DNA of 64,000 nt. Source: Tubiluchus corallicola. Its lineage: Eukaryota > Animalia > Priapulida. The notes under the pieces are model-generated. The model worked only from the letters and a program-made list of their open reading frames with translations, was not told the DNA's origin and made no database searches. Location: assembly GCA_030141605.1 (NCBI GenBank), contig JAQGDQ010000719.1, positions 44,158 through 108,157 of the forward strand, in the 5' to 3' direction. The position numbers and the translations under genes are program-made. Shown piece after piece: positions 59,785 to 64,000 of this stretch (position 1 is its first letter; each line of letters starts with the position of its first letter).

Positions 59785-62289
59785 TCATCATACCCTGTAC
59801 TGTTTTTATTTTTTTTAAATTATTTGCCACATTTAGCAGCTCCGTTTTGTCAATTGGAAACAACTGCATTGAATTCCTACATGCATTTGGTAAATATGAA
59901 AAATATGATGTATTTGTAGTGTGGAATTTTGTTTGCTAGAGTTGATCCTACATTTACAAAATAGTTATTAAAGCCATCAGATATTTCTTTTGATGTCATT
60001 GGGTTATGCTGTGATTTTTTTGAAATGCGACTGTTCTATATGAGAAGTATCTCTTTTATTAATAGCTAAATTTATAATTTTCCATGTTCTTCTCATGTTA
60101 GTCATATTACTTTTAATTGTATTGGCATAATAATCTTTTTCGTTTTTCTTAGTATTGACGTTAAATTATTTCTATATGTTTTATAATGGTCAATGTTCAG
60201 ATAATAGGGTTTTTTAATTTTAGCTTATATAATTTATTTTAGTGTTTAATTGAGTGTGTCAGCCCGCTTGTTAGCCAAGGTTTATTTAACATCTGTGGCT
60301 TTATTATTTTTGTGACTAGTGGAAAGCTATCATTGTAAATATTGTAGTAATCTTTAAAGAAGGATTAAAATGCCGAGTCAGGATTTTGTATGCAAAAAAT
60401 TTGGGACCAGTCATAGGATGCTAGTTTGGACTTGAAGTCTGCGATGGTACTATCATCAAAGACTCTAAATTCTGAAACTATTGGTTTTGAGTGAAGTGTC
60501 ACTTTCAAGCTAGTTACTGAATAAATGAGAAAATGGTCGGATATATCATTGTAGAGAATGCCCGAGTTTAAGTTGTCATTTACGACACAGTTTGTAAATA
60601 TATTATCGATTAAAGTTGCTGAGTAAGTAGTAATTCTTGTTGGTTTGGTGATTAAGGGATACAATGAATGACTAAATAGGCAATTGAGAAAAGATTCAGT
60701 TCCCTGGTGCAAGTCAGTTAAGCAAGTTTAAGTTGAAGTCGCCGCAGATAAAGATGTGCTTGTTTTCATCAATTATTTTAGAGAAAAAATTATCTAAACC
60801 ATCAAGGAATAGTGGGATACTGGTACCCGGAGGTCTGTATAACACTCCGACCAAGATATTTTTTGTATGTTCTTGGGTAATTTCAACAAATAGTGATTCA
60901 CAGGTTTGTTCATCGAAAACATTCTAAGTCATTACGAAGTTTACTGTTTAAATCATCCTTTATATACAGGGAAACCCCTCAGGCAAACCCCTCCACCTGT
61001 TCTCTGTTTGCGTGTTTTTGAGTAGTGATTATGTTTTATTGAGAACTGATCTTTATTCTGATCATTAAGCCAGGCTTCTGTAAAAGATAGAATCGAAAAT
61101 TCACCATTCGGCATGGATAATAAATCTGTTATTTGACAAAAATTCTTGGGCATGCTTCTACAATTATGATTGAATATCGAAAGATGAGTATAGCTGGTAT
61201 TCGTGTTTGTGCTAGATTTTATTATAGAAGTATTTAGATTGATATCTGTGGTGTAGTCGCACTTTAATCTACCAATTCTGTTATAGAAGTTTAGGACTGG
61301 ATCAAAATCTGCATACTGTGAAGACAATAATTTTTCATTATAATCAAATGGATTTAGATGTGATTCAGTAAGTTGTAAGGTAATTGAATCGGGTAAATCG
61401 ATCAGGTCAATAGCGTTTTCGAATTGTATATCATTTTCTCTATTATTGAAGGGCAATATATCTGCAAGACATTTTGTACAGTACCACGAATCTATACTAT
61501 TAGTTAAAACACTGTACTGATCTGCCGTTCGATTAGTACATATCAAGTGTTGCCAAATTCCACAAACGTTACATAACAGACCTTTGTGGTCATTCCGTAT
61601 CTTATTAAAACATATTGAACAATTATCATTTTGATTATTAGTAATCATTGAATTAATGAAAAGTATTTAAAGAAGAAATAAATAAAAAAACGCTGAAGAA
61701 AAACAAAATGTTTAACTACTAGCAAAAGTAAAAATACAATTAAATAACAATTAGATAACAAAATTGCAATGTGTCGAGAACTACGCCAGTATGGCATATC
61801 GCGAGTTAAAGTGTTTTTACCCTGTTTGCATGAATCTGTCCTTGCAAACTGGTTCTTAAATGTAAACGTAGTGGTAAAATTGCATCGTAATCAATTACCC
61901 ATGTAACTGTCATTCAAATCTATAGAATAGGTGGCATCGTGCCCAAGTGGCCATTATAATTAGCTGAATCGGACTTCTTTCAAAGTATTTTTGTATTAGA
62001 CTTAACGTACACATTTAATGTAACCATGTACATATTTAATGTAACCATGTCGTAATTTAGTCATATTGCATTTTTTCTCTCTACTAAAACGTAGAACCAA
62101 AACGTAAGTCTCTGATAATGGACCAGTAAACCTTTATTACTAAACATGTACGAATTACTCTTGCTTCGTCGTTGTAGTAAATATCATCATTGAAAAATGT
62201 AATATTCATCAATAACTGTGCGCATATTTTAATTATTTGTTCTTGTTTTCGATATAAAAGTAAAAGCACATACGTTTAGAAAATTGCTA

Positions 62290-63620
62290 CAAATTAAACT
62301 TAATCCAGTTTTTGCTTGAAATTAATTAAATTCAGGGTATTCAGTCCCCAAATTTTGCTCTCTCGCCTATTTTTACAAAATTCAAACTTTTTACATAAGG
62401 TTAAAAAGTTAAAGATCAACCATTTATCGTAAAAAAATTAAACGTCTTAGACACGCTGCAATTTAATAAAAATATCACACAATTAACAGACGAAGAAAGA
62501 ACATGACGTTTCAGATTATCGCTGCATTTTATTTTCAGGCGAAGAATAAGAAAGAAAAAGTGAGAAAATAACATGAAATTATTAATACTAATTAGTTTTA
62601 AGAATGTTTTATATATCATTAGCACGTAAAGACTCGTATTTAGAAAATGACACAATTACGAGAAAAAAAACGGAGGGGAAAAACACAGAAATATGAAATC
62701 ACAGACCATATTCACAGAATGGCTTCGTAGAACCCTTCCTGGGAAAAGTTTGTGTGGAAAGTTTTTTGGGACATACTTTAAAATTGCCTTTTCTCCCCCT
62801 TTAAGCTTTTCTCAAAAATGATGTTATTGCAGCTGTCTAGAATTAAAAATGATAGGCTCCTCCAACCAATGCAGAATTTATTCTAGTATATTTGTATAAA
62901 GATTTAGCGATCAGTTGCAAATTGTTAGACTTTTTTCAAAATTGTGTTGTTATCATGTTGCTGCTATTTAAACTCGAAATGACGGGTCAAAAATCGAATT
63001 TGCTTTAGTATGTTTCTACAAAATTTTTGATAATCCATTTTGTATTGGCGAAACGTTTGAATTTTTTCCGAAAATAATGCTATCGCCGCCATCTTCAATA
63101 TAAAATGGACAATCAAATATCGACTCAACCCGTTGACGCAGAATTTGTTTTAGCATTTTGTTATGAAGTTTCATGGCGATCCATTGCGTATTTCTTTGTC
63201 TAAACATATTTTTTTATTTTTCATAACCTTTGGGCAAGGAGTTATACATAACTGATTAATACTTTAGGCCGTAATGCAAAATAAGTAGATTATTACAAAA
63301 TATGATCGGTTTGTACAAAAAGATATTATACAAAATGTTACATAATATACAGTCACTGCGTATTTGCAGAGCCTTGCGTTTTTTCAAAATGATAATTATA
63401 GCCACCGTCTTCAATTCAAAGTATCAGATCGAAGATCCAACGCAGAATTACGGAATTTGCAGAATTTGTTAATGCGGAATTTGTTCTGGTATACTCGAGT
63501 GAAGTTTCACGACGATCCATTGCAAATTCCCGGAGAGTTAGATTTTTTTCAAAAAGATCATCCTTCAACGAGAACAAGAACAGCAAGGAACATCCAGATG
63601 AGTAGCAATTTGGGTTAAGC
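62290..63620. mobile_element. Probable non-autonomous DNA element (Helentron/DINE-like subrepeats)
   Basis: Recurrent cgccgccatcttcaat / gccaccgtcttcaatt and gaagtttca(t/c)g(g/a)cgatccattgc motifs typical of such invertebrate repeats; boundaries uncertain. Confidence 0.35.
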
Positions 63621-64000
63621 CCTCGATCAACACTGGCAACATGCGACCTAGGTCTAAAGTGTCGCTAGCACGCACACAATTATCTGTTTTTGGAACAACC
63701 TGAAAATTCACTTTTGCCATTTCAGTGGCTTTACCACTTTTATCCAAACACGATATGGGACCTGTCTAGTATCTAATGTTCTTAGATGAGGGAGGGATTA
63801 CGTCTGAATCATTAATGACAGCACGTACAATCCCAGTTTCAGAGAGATCTGTGAATTACTTGGTATTGTAATGATCCGGGCTTAACTTGTCGGATCATAT
63901 CCCTTTATGTGCTTAACGTTATACGTCGCATTGTATAATTGTTAAATCGTTTCCATTATCTTATTTCACGTTTATGTAAAACTTTAAATAGGTCTCGTGG

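Larger units (their letters stand above)
53070..61648 (-). mobile_element. Decayed CR1/L2(Crack-like) LINE: PHD-APE-RT ORF and 3' UTR, interrupted by two LTR-type insertions; LINE segments 61648-59785, 58654-58467, 54281-53070
   Basis: PHD C4HC3 (CSIC...CNVCGIWQHLIC...WYCTKC); APE motifs (HNCRSM, FTEAWL, GGGVCL, LYRPPG, ICGDFN, PTRIT..SATLIDNIF, DISDH); linker KPWLT, STGYDD|ISQII..IAEPL; RT GVPQGSILGPLLF, FTDD|TNIVY, WFKANILSLNIEKTK; C-terminal HNYNTR, GPYIWNSI; (TTGAA)n-like tail near 53071. Many frameshifts. Confidence 0.88.

Overview
AT-rich eukaryotic (invertebrate, probably protostome/ecdysozoan-like) genomic DNA with GT-AG introns. Three spliced genes could be reconstructed by hand. (1) The 3' part of a CELF3-6/Bruno-3/UNC-75-type RNA-binding protein gene (+, 235-9535), with many in-frame alternative splice sites, a candidate cassette exon, a candidate frameshifting microexon and a probable long spliced 3' UTR. 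(2) A complete six-exon nicotinic acetylcholine receptor alpha subunit (+, 18437-32715, 483 aa). (3) A convergent ZP-domain (cuticlin/dusky-like) transmembrane protein with eight coding exons (-, 43125-34306, 874 aa) and a ~490-aa Gln/Phe/Gly low-complexity N-terminal ectodomain. Region 53-62 kb is a nested transposon stack. One PHD-APE-RT LINE is split at two Asp-Asp codon pairs by a 1130-bp solo LTR (5-bp TSD) and by a deleted Gypsy element. The Gypsy element's 225-bp 3' LTR is almost entirely a hairpin whose isolated mismatches are all G-U compatible on the element's sense strand. The window also holds MITE-like palindromes, a decayed inverted hammerhead-like motif pair and many microsatellites. 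All calls come from manual reading; no searches were run.
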